From Eledone cirrhosa (Eukaryota): a stretch of 64,000 nt of DNA. A program made the position numbers and the translations under genes. Numbering within the stretch: the stretch's first letter is position 1; every line of letters starts with the position of its first letter. The notes under the pieces are model-generated. The model was not told where the DNA came from. It saw nothing but the letters and a program-made list of their open reading frames with translations, and searched no databases. Below, piece after piece: positions 1 through 15,773 of the stretch. The stretch lies in contig OZ024741.1 of NCBI GenBank assembly GCA_964016885.1, forward strand, positions 17,856,001-17,920,000. The letters are read 5' to 3'.

Positions 1-3000
1 ATAATATATAATACTGGTGGAGATAATATATAACACTGTGGTAGATAATATATAATACTGGGGTAGATAATATATAACACTGGGGTAGATAATATACAAT
101 ATTGGGGTAGATAATATATAACACTGGGATAGATAATATATAATACTTGCGTAGATAATATAAAATACTGGGGTAGATAATATATAAAACCGGGGTAGAT
201 AATATATAACACTGGGGTAGATAATATATAACATTGGGGTAGATAATATATAACACTGGGGTAGATATTATATAACACTGGGGTAGATAATATATAATAC
301 TTGGGTAGATAATATAAAATACCGGGGTAGATAATATATAATACTGGGGTAGATAATATATAATACTGGGGTAGGTAATATATAACACTGGGGGAGATAA
401 TATATAATACTGGGGTAGATAATATATAACACTGGGGGAGATAATATATAATACTGGGGTAGATAATATATAATACTGGGGTAGATAATATATAACACTG
501 GGGTAGATAATATATAACACTGGGGTAGATAATATATAACACTGGGGTAAATAATATATAACACTGGGTAAGATATTATATAACACTGGGGTAGATAATA
601 TATAACACTGGGGTACATAATATATAACACAGGGGTAGATAATATATAATACTGGGGTAGAAAATATAAAATACCGGGGTAGATAATATATAATACTGGG
701 GTAGATAATATATAATACTGGGGTAGGTAATATATAACACTGGGGGAGATAATATATAATACTGGGGTAGATAATATAAAACACTGGGGTAGATAATATA
801 TAATACTGGGGTAGATAATATATAATACTGGGGTAGATAATATATAATACGGGGTAGATAATATATAACACTGGGGTAGATAATATATAACACTGGGGGA
901 GATATTATATAATACTTGGGTAGATATAACACTGGGGGAGATATTATATAACACTGGGGGAGATAATATATAATACTGGAGTAGATAATATAAAACACTG
1001 GGGTAGATAATATATAATACTGGGGTAGATAATATATAATACTGGGGGAGATAATATATAACAGTGGGGTAGATAATATAAAACACTGGGGTAGATAATA
1101 TATAATACTGGGGTAGATAATATATAATACTGGGGTAGATAATATAAAATACTGGGGTAGATAATATATAACACTGGGGGAGATAATATATAATACTGGG
1201 GTAGATAATATATAATACGGGGTAGATAATATATAACACTGGGGTAGATAATATATAACAATCGGGGAGATAATATATAACACTGGGGTAGATAATATAA
1301 AATACTGGGATAGATAATATAAAATACTGGGGTAGATAATATATAATACTGGGGTAGATAAAAGATAACACTGGGGTAGATAATATATAATACTGGTGGA
1401 GATAATATATAACACTGTGTTAGATAATATATAATACTGGGGTAGATAATATATAACACTGGGGTAGATAATATACAATATTGGGGTAGATAATATATAA
1501 CACTGGGATAGATAATATATAATACTGGGGTAGATAATATAAAATACTGCGGCAGATAATATATAAAACCGGGGTAGATAATATATAACACTGCGGTAGA
1601 TAATATATAACACTGGGGTAGATAATATATAAGACTGGGGTAGATATTATATAACACTGGGGTAGATAATATATAATACTTGGGTAGATAATATAAAATA
1701 CCGGGGTAGATAATGTATAATACTGGGGTAGATAATATATAATACTGGGGTAGATAATATATAACATTGGGCTAGATAATATATAATACTGGGGTAGATA
1801 ATATATAACACTGGGATAGATAATATATAACACTGGGGTAGATATTATATAACACTGGGGTAGATAAAATATAATACTAGGGTTGATATTATAAAATACT
1901 GCGGTAGATAATATATAATACTGGGGTAGATAATATATAACACTAGGGTAGGTAATATATAACACTGGGGGAGATAATATATAATACTGGGGTAGATAAT
2001 ATATAACACTGGGGGAGATAATATATAATACTGGGGTAGATAATATATAATACTGGGGTAGATAATATATAACACTGGGGTAGATACTATATAACACTGG
2101 GGTAGATAATATATAACACTGGGGTAAATAATATATAACACTGGGTAAGATATTATATAACACTGGGGTAGATAATATATAACACTGGGGTACATAATAT
2201 ATAACACAGGGGTAGATAATATATAATGCTGGGGTAGAAAATATATAACACTGGAATAGATAATATATAATTCTGGGGTAGATAATATAAAATACTGGGG
2301 TAGATAATATATAATACTGGGGTAGATAATATATAACACTGGGGTAGATAATATATAACACTGGGGGAGATAATATATAACACTGGGGTAGATAATATAA
2401 AATACTGGGGTAGATAATATAAAATACTGGGGTAGATAATATATAATACTGGGGTAGATAATATATAATACGTGGGTAGATAATGTATAATACTGGGGTA
2501 TATATTATAAAACACTGGGGTAGATAATATATAATACTGGGGTAGATAATATAAAACACTGGGGTAGATAATATATAATACTGGGGGAGATAATATATAA
2601 TACTGGGATAGATAATATATAACACTAGGGTAGATAATATATAACACTGGGGTAGATAATATATAATACTGGGGTAGATAATATATAATACTGGGGTAGA
2701 TAATATATAATACTGGGGTAGATAATATATCACACTGGGGTAGATAATATATAACACTAGGGTAGATAATATATAACACTGGGATAGATAATAAATAACA
2801 CTGTGGTACATAATATATAACACTTGGGTAGACAATATATAACACTGGGTTAGATAATATATAACACTGGCGGAGATAATATATAACACTGGGATAGATA
2901 ATATATAATACTGGGGTAGATAATATAAAATACTGGGGTAGATAATATATAATACTGGGGTAGATAATATAAAATACTGGGGTAGATAATATATAACGCT

Positions 3001-6000
3001 GGGGGAGATAATATATAATACTGGTGTAGATAATATATAATACTGGCGTAGATAATATATAACACTGGGGTTGATAATATATAATACTGGGGTAGATAAT
3101 ATATAACACTGGGGTAGATAATATATAATACTGGGGGGGGGGGGGTAGATAATATATAATACTGGCGTAGATAATATATAACACTGGGGTTGATAATATA
3201 TAATACTGGGGTAGATAATATAAAATACTGGGGTAGATAATATATAACGCTGGGGTAGATAAGAAATAACACTGGGGTAGATAATATATAATACTGGGGT
3301 AGATAATATATAATACGGGGTAGATAATATATAACACTAGGGTAGATAATATATAACACTGGGGGAGATATTATATAATACTTGGGTAGATATAACACTG
3401 GGGGAGATATTATATAACACTGGGGGAGATAATATATAATACTGGAGTAGATAATATAAAACACTGGGGTAGATAATATATAATACTGGGGTAGATAATA
3501 TATAATACTGGGGGAGATAATATATAACACTGGGGTAGATAATATAAAACACTGGGGTAGATAATATATAATACTGGGGTAGATAATATATAATACTGGG
3601 GTAGATAATATAAAATACTGGGGTAGATAATATATAACACTGGAGGAGATAATATATAATACTGGGGTAGATAATATATAACACTGGGGTAGATAATATA
3701 TAATACTGGGGTAGATAATATATAATACTGTGATAGATAATATATAATACTGGGATAGATAATATATAATACTGGGGTAGATAATATAAAATACTGGGGT
3801 AGATAATATATAACACTTTTGGAGATAATATATAATACTGGGGTAGATAATATATAATACTGGGGTAGATAATATATAACACTGGGGTAGATAATATATA
3901 ACACTGGGGGAGATAATATATAACACTGGGGGAGATATTATATAATACTGGGGTAGATAATACATAACACTGGGGGGGGGGATATATTATATAATACTGG
4001 GGTAGATAATATATAATAACGGGGGAGATATTATATAATACTGGGGTAGATAATATATAACACTGGGGGATATATTATATATTACTGGAGGAAATATTAT
4101 ATAATACTGGGGTAGAAAATATATAATACTGGGGTAGATGATATATAACACTGGGGGAGATATTATATAATACTGGGGTAGATAATATATAATACTGGGG
4201 TAGAAATATATAATACTGGGGTTGATAATATATAACACTTGGGTAGATAATATATAACGCTGGGATAGATAATATATAACACTGGGGGAGATAATATATA
4301 ACACTGGGGTAGATAATATAAAATACTGTGGTAGATAATATATAATACTGGGGTAGATAATATATAATACTGGGGTAGATAATGTATAATACTGGGGTAG
4401 ATAATATATAATACTGGGGGAGATAATATAAAATACTTGGGTAGATAATATATAACACTGGGGTAGATAATATATAACACTGGGGTAGATAATATATAAT
4501 ACTGGGGTAGATAATATATAATACTGGGGTAGACAATATATAATATTGGGGGAGATAATATATAATGCTGGGGTAGTTAATATATAACACTGGGGTAGAT
4601 AATATATAATACTGGGGGTAGATATTATATAATAGTGGGGTAGATAATATATAATACTGGGGTAGATAATATATAACACTGGGGTAGATAATATATAATA
4701 CTTGGGTAGATATAACACTGGGGGAGATATTATATAACACGGGGGGAGATAATATATAATACTGGAGTAGATAATATAAAACACTGGGGTAGATAATATA
4801 TAATACTGGGGTAGATAATATATAATACTGGGGGAGATAATATATAACACTGGGGTAGATAATATAAAACACTGGGGTAGATAATATATAATACTGGGGT
4901 AGATAATATATAATACTGGGGTAGATAATATAAAATACTGGGGTAGATAATATATAACACTGGGGGAGATAATATATAACACTGGGATAGATAATAAATA
5001 ACACTGTGGTACATAATATATAACACTTGGGTAGACAATATATAACACTGGGTTAGATAATATATAACACTGGCGGAGATAATATATAACACTGGGATAG
5101 ATAATATATAATACTGGGGTAGATAATATAAAATACTGGGGTAGATAATATATAATACTGGGGTAGATAATATAAAATACTGGGGTAGATAATATATAAC
5201 ACTGGAGGAGATAATATATAATACTGGTGTAGATAATATATAATACTGGCGTAGATAATATATAACACTGGGGTTGATAATATATAATACTGGGGTAGAT
5301 AATATATAACACTGGGGTAGATAATATATAATACTGGGGGGGGGGTAGATATTATATAATACTGGGGTAGATAATATATAACATGGGGGGGAGATATTAT
5401 ATAATACTGTGAGAGATATTATATAATACTGGGGTAGAAAATATATAATACTGGGGTAGATAATATATATCACTGGGGAGATATTATATAATACTGGGGG
5501 ACATAATATATAATACTGGAGTAGATAATATATAACACTGGGGTAGATAAGAAATAACACTGGGGTAGATAATATATAATAATGGGGTAGATAATATATA
5601 ATACGGGGTAGATAATATATAACACTGGGGTAGATAATATATAACACTGGGGGAGATATTATATAATACTTGGGTAGATATAACACTGGGGGAGATATTA
5701 TATAACACTGGGGGAGATAATATATAATACTGGAGTAGATAATATAAAACACTGGGGTAGATAATATATAATACTGGGGTAGATAATATATAATACTGGG
5801 GGAGATAATATATAACACTGGGGTAGATAATATAAAACACTGGGGTAGATAATATATAATACTGGGGTAGATAATATATAATACTGGGGTAGATAATATA
5901 AAATACTGGGGTAGATAATATATAATGCTGGGGTAGTTAATATATAACACTGGGGTAGATAATATATAATACTGGGGGTAGATATTATATAATAGTGGGG

Positions 6001-9000
6001 TAGATAATATATAATACTGGGGTAGATAATATATAACACTGGGGTAGATAATATAAAACATTGGGGTAGATAATATATAATACTGGGGGAGATAATATAT
6101 AACACTGGGGTTGATAATATATAATACTGGGGTAGATAATATATAACACTGGGGGAGATATTATATAATACTGGGGTAGATATTATATAATACTGGGGTA
6201 GATAATATATAACACTGGGGTAGATAATATATAACACTAGAGTGGATATTATATAATACTGGGGTAGCTAATATATAATACTGGGGTAGATAATATATAA
6301 TACTGGGGGAGATAATATATAATACTGGGGTAGATAATATATAACACTGGGGTAGATAATACATAACACTGGGGTAGATAATATATCATACTGGGGTAGA
6401 TAATATATAACACTGGGGTAGATAATATATAATACTGGGGCGGGGGAGATATTATTTAATACTTGGGTAGATAATATATAACACTGGGGGAGATATTATA
6501 TAATACTGGGGTAGATAATATATAATACTGGGGTAGATAATATATAATACTGGGGGAGATATTATATAATACTGGGGTAGAAAATATATAATGCTGGGGT
6601 AGATAATATATAACACTGGGGGGAGATATTATATAATACTGGGGTAGAAAATATATAATACTGGGGTAGATAATATATAACACTGGGGGAGATAATATAT
6701 AACACTGGGGTAGATAATATAAAATACTGGGGTAGATAATATAAAATACTGGGGTAGATAATATATAATACTGGGGTAGATAATATATAATACTGGGGTA
6801 GATAATGTATAATACTGGGGTAGATAATATATAATACTGGGGTAGATAATATACAATGCTGGGGGAGATAATATAAAATACTTGGGTAGATAATATATAA
6901 CACTGGGGTAGATAATATATAACACTGGGGTAGATAATATATAATACTGGGGTAGATAATATATAATACTGAGGGTAGAAAATATATAACACTGGGATAG
7001 ATAATATATAATACTGGGGGTAGATAATATATAACACTGGGGTAGATAATATATAATACTGGGGTAGATATTATATAATAGTGGGGTAGATAATATATAA
7101 CACTGGGGTAGATAATATATAATACTTGGGTAGATATAACACTGGGGGAGATATTATATAACACGGGGGGAGATAATATATAATACTGGAGTAGATAATA
7201 TAAAACACTGGGGTAGATAATATATAATACTGGGGTAGATAATATATAATACTGGGGGAGATAATATATAACACTGGGGTAGATAATATAAAACACTGGG
7301 GTAGATAATATATAATACTGGGGTAGATAATATATAATACTGGGGTAGATAATATAAAATACTGGGGTAGATAATATATAACACTGGGGGAGATAATATA
7401 TCACACTGGGATAGATAATAAATAACACTGTGGTACATAATATATAACACTTGGGTAGACAATATATAACACTGGGTTAGATAATATATAACACTGGCGG
7501 AGATAATATATAACACTGGGATAGATAATATATAATACTGGGGTAGATAATATAAAATGCTGGGGTAGATAATATATAATACTGGGGTAGATAATATAAA
7601 ATACTGGGGTAGATAATATATAACACTGGGGGAGATAATATATAATACTGGTGTAGATAATATATAATACTGGCGTAGATAATATATAACACTGGGGTTG
7701 ATAATATATAATACTGGGGTAGATAATATATAACACTGGGGTAGATAATATATAATACTGGGGGGGGGGGGGGTAGATATTATATAATACTGGGGTAGAT
7801 AATATATAACATGGGGGGGAGATATTATATAATACTGTGGGAGATATTATATAATACTGGGGTAGAAAATATATAATACTGGGGTAGATAATATATATCA
7901 CTGGGGAGATATTATATAATACTGGGGGACATAATATATAATACTGGAGTAGATAATATATAACACTGGGGTAGATAAGAAATAACACTGGGGTAGATAA
8001 TATATAATAATGGGGTAGATAATTTATAATACGGGGTAGATAATATATAACACTGGGGTAGATAATATATAACACTGGGGGAGATATTATATAATACTTG
8101 GGTAGATATAACACTGGGGGAGATATTATATAACACTGGGGGAGATAATATATAATACTGGAGTAGATAATATAAAACACTGGGGTAGATAATATATAAT
8201 ACTGGGGTAGATAATATATAATACTGGGGGAGATAATATATAACACTGGGGTAGATAATATAAAACACTGGGGTAGATAATATATAATACTGGGGTAGAT
8301 AATATATAATACTGGGGTAGATAATATAAAATACTGGGGTAGATAATATATAATGCTGGGGTAGTTAATATATAACACTGGGGTAGATAATATATAATAC
8401 TGGGGGTAGATATTATATAATAGTGGGGTAGATAATATATAATACTGGGGTAGATAATATATAACACTGGGGTAGATAATATAAAACACTGGGGTAGATA
8501 ATATATAATACTGGGGGAGATAATATATAACACTGGGGTTGATAATATATAATACTGGGGTAGATAATATATAACACTGGGGGAGATATTATATAATACT
8601 GGGGTAGATAATATATAACACTGGGGTAGATAATATATAACACTAGAGTGGATATTATATAATACTGGGGTAGCTAATATATAATACTGGGGTAGATAAT
8701 ATATAATACTGGGGGAGATAATATATAATACTGGGGTAGATAATATATAACACTGGGGTAGATAATACATAACACTGGGGTAGATAATATATAATACTGG
8801 GGTAGATAATATATAACACTGGGGTAGATAATATATAATACTGGGGCGGGGGATATATTATATAATACTTGGGTAGATAATATATAACACTGGGGGAGAC
8901 ATTATATAATACTGGGGTAGATAATATATAATACTGGGGTAGATAATATATAATACTGGGGGAGATATTATATAATACTGGGGTAGAAAATATATAATGC

Positions 9001-12000
9001 TGGGGTAGATAATATATAACACTGGGGGGAGATATTATATAATACTGGGGTAGAAAATATATAATACTGGGGTAGATAATATATAACACTGGGGGAGATA
9101 ATATATAACACTGGGGTAGATAATATAAAATACTGGGGTAGATAATATATAACACTGGGGTAGATAATATATAATACTGGGGTAGATAATATATAATACT
9201 GTGATAGATAATATATAATACTGGGATAGATAATATATAATACTGGGGTAGATAATATAAAATACTGGGGTAGATAATATATAACACTTTTGGAGATAAT
9301 ATATAATACTGGGGTAGATAATATATAATACTGGGGTAGATAATATATAACACTGGGGTAGATAATATATAACACTGGGGGAGATAATATATAACACTGG
9401 GGGAGATATTATATAATACTGGGGTAGATAATACATAACACTGGGGGGGGGAGGGATATATTATATAATACTGGGGTAGATAATATATAATACTGGGGGA
9501 GATATTATATAATACTGGGGTAGATAATATATAACACTGGGGGATATATTATATATTACTGGAGGAAATATTATATAATACTGGGGTAGAAAATATATAA
9601 TACTGGGGTAGATGATATATAACACTGGGGGAGATATTATATAATACTGGGGTAGATAATATATAATACTGGGGTAGAAATATATAATACTGGGGTTGAT
9701 AATATATAACACTTGGGTAGATAATATATAACGCTGGGATAGATAATATATAACACTGGGGGAGATAATATATAACACTGGGGTAGATAATATAAAATAC
9801 TGTGGTAGATAATATATAATACTGGGGTAGATAATATATAATACTGGGGTAGATAATGTATAATACTGGGGGAGATAATATATAATACTGGGGGAGATAA
9901 TATAAAATACTTGGGTAGATAATATATAACACTGGGGTAGATAATATATAACACTGGGGTAGATAATATATAATACTGGGGTAGATAATATATAATACTG
10001 GGGTAGACAATATATAATATTGGGGGAGATAATATATAATGCTGGGGTAGTTAATATATAACACTGGGGTAGATAATATATAATACTGGGGGTAGATATT
10101 ATATAATAGTGGGGTAGATAATATATAATACTGGGGTAGATAATATATAACACTGGGGTAGATAATATATAATACTTGGGTAGATATAACACTGGGGGAG
10201 ATATTATATAACACGGGGGGAGATAATATATAATACTGGAGTAGATAATATAAAACACTGGGGTAGATAATATATAATACTGGGGTAGATAATATATAAT
10301 ACTGGGGGAGATAATATATAACACTGGGGTAGATAATATAAAACACTGGGGTAGATAATATATAATACTGGGGTAGATAATATATAATACTGGGGTAGAT
10401 AATATAAAATACTGGGGTAGATAATATATAACACTGGGGGAGATAATATATAACACTGGGATAGATAATAAATAACACTGTGGTACATAATATATAACAC
10501 TTGGGTAGACAATATATAACACTGGGTTAGATAATATATAACACTGGCGGAGATAATATATAACACTGGGATAGATAATATATAATACTGGGGTAGATAA
10601 TATAAAATACTGGGGTAGATAATATATAATACTGGGGTAGATAATATAAAATACTGGGGTAGATAATATATAACACTGGGGGAGATAATATATAATACTG
10701 GTGTAGATAATATATAATACTGGCGTAGATAATATATAACACTGGGGTTGATAATATATAATACTGGGGTAGATAATATATAACACTGGGGTAGATAATA
10801 TATAATACTGGGGGGGGGGGGGGTAGATATTATATAATACTGGGGTAGATAATATATAACATGGGGGGAGATATTATATAATACTGTGGGAGATATTATA
10901 TAATACTGGGGTAGAAAATATATAATACTGGGGTAGATAATATATATCACTGGGGAGATATTATATAATACTGGGGGACATAATATATAATACTGGAGTA
11001 GATAATATATAACACTGGGGTAGATAAGAAATAACACTGGGGTAGATAATATATAATAATGGGGTAGATAATATATAATACGGGGTAGATAATATATAAC
11101 ACTGGGGTAGATAATATATAACACTGGGGGAGATATTATATAATACTTGGGTAGATATAACACTGGGGGAGATATTATATAACACTGGGGGAGATAATAT
11201 ATAATACTGGAGTAGATAATATAAAACACTGGGGTAGATAATATATAATACTGGGGTAGATAATATATAATACTGGGGGAGATAATATATAACACTGGGG
11301 TAGATAATATAAAACACTGGGGTAGATAATATATAATACTGGGGTAGATAATATATAATACTGGGGTAGATAATATAAAATACTGGGGTAGATAATATAT
11401 AATGCTGGGGTAGTTAATATATAACACTGGGGTAGATAATATATAATACTGGGGGTAGATATTATATAATAGTGGGGTAGATAATATATAATACTGGGGT
11501 AGATAATATATAACACTGGGGTAGATAATATAAAACACTGGGGTAGATAATATATAATACTGGGGGAGATAATATATAACACTGGGGTTGATAATATATA
11601 ATACTGGGGTAGATAATATATAACACTGGGGGAGATATTATATAATACTGGGGTAGATATTATATAATACTGGGGTAGATAATATATAACACTGGGGTAG
11701 ATAATATATAACACTAGAGTGGATATTATATAATACTGGGGTAGCTAATATATAATACTGGGGTAGATAATATATAATACTGGGGGAGATAATATATAAT
11801 ACTGGGGTAGATAATATATAACACTGGGGTAGATAATACATAACACTGGGGTAGATAATATATAATACTGGGGTAGATAATATATAACACTGGGGTAGAT
11901 AATATATAATACTGGGGCGGGGGAGATATTATATAATACTTGGGTAGATAATATATAACACTGGGGGAGATATTATATAATACTGGGGTAGATAATATAT

Positions 12001-15000
12001 AATACTGGGGTAGATAATATATAATACTGGGGGAGATATTATATAATACTGGGGTAGAAAATATATAATGCTGGGGTAGATAATATATAACACTGGGGGG
12101 AGATATTATATAATACTGGGGTAGAAAATATATAATACTGGGGTAGATAATATATAACACTGGGGGAGATAATATATAACACTGGGGTAGATAATATAAA
12201 ATACTGGGGTAGATAATATAAAATACTGGGGTAGATAATATATAATACTGGGGTAGATAATATATAATACTGGGGTAGATAATGTATAATACTGGGGTAG
12301 ATAATATATAATACTGGGGTAGATAATATACAATGCTGGGGGAGATAATATAAAATACTTGGGTAGATAATATATAACACTGGGGTAGATAATATATAAC
12401 ACTGGGGTAGATAATATATAATACTGGGGTAGATAATATATAATACTGAGGGTAGAAAATATATAACACTGGGATAGATAATATATAATACTGGGGGTAG
12501 ATAATATATAACACTGGGGTAGATAATATATAATACTGGGGTAGATATTATATAATAGTGGGGTAGATAATATATAATACTGGGGTAGATAATATATAAC
12601 ACTGGGGTAGATAATATATAATACTTGGGTAGATATAACACTGGGGGAGATATTATATAACACGGGGGGAGATAATATATAATACTGGAGTAGATAATAT
12701 AAAACACTGGGGTAGATAATATATAATACTGGGGTAGATAATATATAATACTGGGGGAGATAATATATAACACTGGGGTAGATAATATAAAACACTGGGG
12801 TAGATAATATATAATACTGGGGTAGATAATATATAATACTGGGGTAGATAATATAAAATACTGGGGTAGATAATATATAACACTGGGGGAGATAATATAT
12901 AACACTGGGATAGATAATAAATAACACTGTGGTACATAATATATAACACTTGGGTAGACAATATATAACACTGGGTTAGATAATATATAACACTGGCGGA
13001 GATAATATATAACAGTGGGATAGATAATATATAATACTGGGGTAGATAATATAAAATGCTGGGGTAGATAATATATAATACTGGGGTAGATAATATAAAA
13101 TACTGGGGTAGATAATATATAACACTGGGGGAGATAATATATAATACTGGTGTAGATAATATATAATACTGGCGTAGATAATATATAACACTGGGGTTGA
13201 TAATATATAATACTGGGGTAGATAATATATAACACTGGGGTAGATAATATATAATACTGGGGGGGGGGGGGGTAGATATTATATAATACTGGGGTAGATA
13301 ATATATAACATGGGGGGGAGATATTATATAATACTGTGGGAGATATTATATAATACTGGGGTAGAAAATATATAATACTGGGGTAGATAATATATATCAC
13401 TGGGGAGATATTATATAATACTGGGGGACATAATATATAATACTGGAGTAGATAATATATAACACTGGGGTAGATAAGAAATAACACTGGGGTAGATAAT
13501 ATATAATAATGGGGTAGATAATATATAATACGGGGTAGATAATATATAACACTGGGGTAGATAATATATAACACTGGGGGAGATATTATATAATACTTGG
13601 GTAGATATAACACTGGGGGAGATATTATATAACACTGGGGGAGATAATATATAATACTGGAGTAGATAATATAAAACACTGGGGTAGATAATATATAATA
13701 CTGGGGTAGATAATATATAATACTGGGGGAGATAATATATAACACTGGGGTAGATAATATAAAACACTGGGGTAGATAATATATAATACTGGGGTAGATA
13801 ATATATAATACTGGGGTAGATAATATAAAATACTGGGGTAGATAATATATAATGCTGGGGTAGTTAATATATAACACTGGGGTAGATAATATATAATATT
13901 GGGGGTAGATATTATATAATAGTGGGGTAGATAATATATAATACTGGGGTAGATAATATGTAACACTGGGGTAGATAATATAAAACACTGGGGTAGATAA
14001 TATATAATACTGGGGGAGATAATATATAACACTGGGGTTGATAATATATAATACTGGGGTAGATAATATATAACACTGGGGGAGATATTATATAATACTG
14101 GGGTAGATAATATATAACACTGGGGTAGATAATATATAACACTAGAGTGGATATTATATAATACTGGGGTAGCTAATATATAATACTGGGGTAGATAATA
14201 TATAATACTGGGGGAGATAATATATAATACTGGGGTAGATAATATATAACACTGGGGTAGATAATACATAACACTGGGGTAGATAATATATAATACTGGG
14301 GTAGATAATATATAACACTGGGGTAGATAATATATAATACTGGGGCGGGGGAGATATTATATAATACTTGGGTAGATAATATATAACACTGGGGGAGATA
14401 TTATATAATACTGGGGTAGATAATATATAATACTGGGGTAGATAATATATAATACTGGGGGAGATATTATATAATACTGGGGTAGAAAATATATAATGCT
14501 GGGGTAGATAATATATAACACTGGGGGGAGATATTATATAATACTGGGGTAGAAAATATATAATACTGGGGTAGATAATATATAACACTGGGGGAGATAA
14601 TATATAACACTGGGGTAGATAATATAAAATACTGGGGTAGATAATATAAAATACTGGGGTAGATAATATATAATACTGGGGTAGATAATATATAATACTG
14701 GGGTAGATAATGTATAATACTGGGGTAGATAATATATAATACTGGGGTAGATAATATACAATGCTGGGGGAGATAATATAAAATACTTGGGTAGATAATA
14801 TATAACACTGGGGTAGATAATATATAACACTGGGGTAGATAATATATAATACTGGGGTAGATAATATATAATACTGAGGGTAGAAAATATATGACACTGG
14901 GATAGATAATATATAATACTGGGGGTAGATAATATATAACACTGGGGTAGATAATATATAATACTGGGGTAGATAATATATATTACTGGGGTAGATAATA

Positions 15001-15304
15001 TATAACACTGGGGTAGATAATATATAACAATGGGGTAGATAATATATAATACTGGGGTAGATAATATATAAATCTGGGGGAGATAATATATAACACTGGG
15101 GTAGATAATATATAATACTGGGGTAGATAATATATAATACTGTGGTTGATAATATATAATGCTGGGGTAGATAATATATAACACTGGGGGAGATAATATA
15201 TATTACTGGGGTAGATAATATATAATACTGGGGTAGATAATATATAATAGTGGGGTAGATAATATATAACACTGGCGTAGATAATATATAATACTGGTGT
15301 AGAT
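1..15304. repeat. 22-bp minisatellite array (consensus ATAATATATAA[T/C]ACTGGGGTAG), ~695 copies, open at the left window edge, with higher-order duplications
   Basis: 22-nt periodicity throughout. Variant marker ACTAGAGTGG recurs at ~6235, 8641, 11711, 14141 and ACTGTGGTACAT at ~2800, 5001, 7426, 10475, 12925. Confidence 0.98.
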
Positions 15305-15352
15305 TTAATCAACTTCCTCTCCCCCACCAGAATTGTTGGCTTTCTTCCGAAA
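15293..15352 (+). mobile_element. 3' part of a tRNA-derived SINE fused to the end of the 22-bp array
   Basis: ACTGGTGTAGATTTAATCAACTTCCTCTCCCCCACCAGAATTGTTGGCTTT follows the same ACTGG...ATT-GYTGGCYTT order as the 3' end of the SINE at 15488-15515. Confidence 0.55.
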
Positions 15353-15533
15353 TGGCAGTATCGGTAGAGGGTCGGACGCCATGCTTTCCAGAATAGTTAC
15401 GTCCCTTTACGATCTGAATTCAAAATCCGCCGAGGTTGACTTTGCCTTACATCCTTACGGGGTCGATAAAATAAAGTACCAGTAATGCACTGGGTATTTG
15501 CTGGCCTTGTGCCTAAAGTAGAAACAATTATTA
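15353..15533 (+). mobile_element. tRNA-derived SINE (octopus-type)
   Basis: Box A-like TGGCAGTATCGG and box B-like GAATTCAAAATCC. Closely similar inverted copy at 24463-24648. Confidence 0.85.
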
Positions 15534-15539
15534 TCGTTG

Positions 15540-15638
15540 GTTATCCGCCATTTTTGTTGCTTCTCGTTTTTATAGTATTTGTCTTTCTCCTTGTTATTGC
15601 TGTTATTATTCTTCTTGTTATTTTTCTTGTTATTGTTT

Positions 15639-15670
<32 letters not shown>

Positions 15671-15773
15671 GCTGTTATTGTTGTTATTGTATTTATTGTT
15701 GTTATTGTTGTTGTTGTTATTGTTGTTATTGTTGTTGTTATTGCTGTTGTCTTTTTTGTTGTTGTTATTGTTG
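15540..15773. repeat. (GTT/ATT)n microsatellite
   Basis: Direct reading. Confidence 0.9.

Noticed and set aside
268-15327. Long minus-strand ORFs (IIYPSIIYYLPQYYILSTPVLY repeats)
   Set aside because: A 22-nt unit with no minus-strand stop gives the same 22-aa repeat in all three frames; artefact of the minisatellite.
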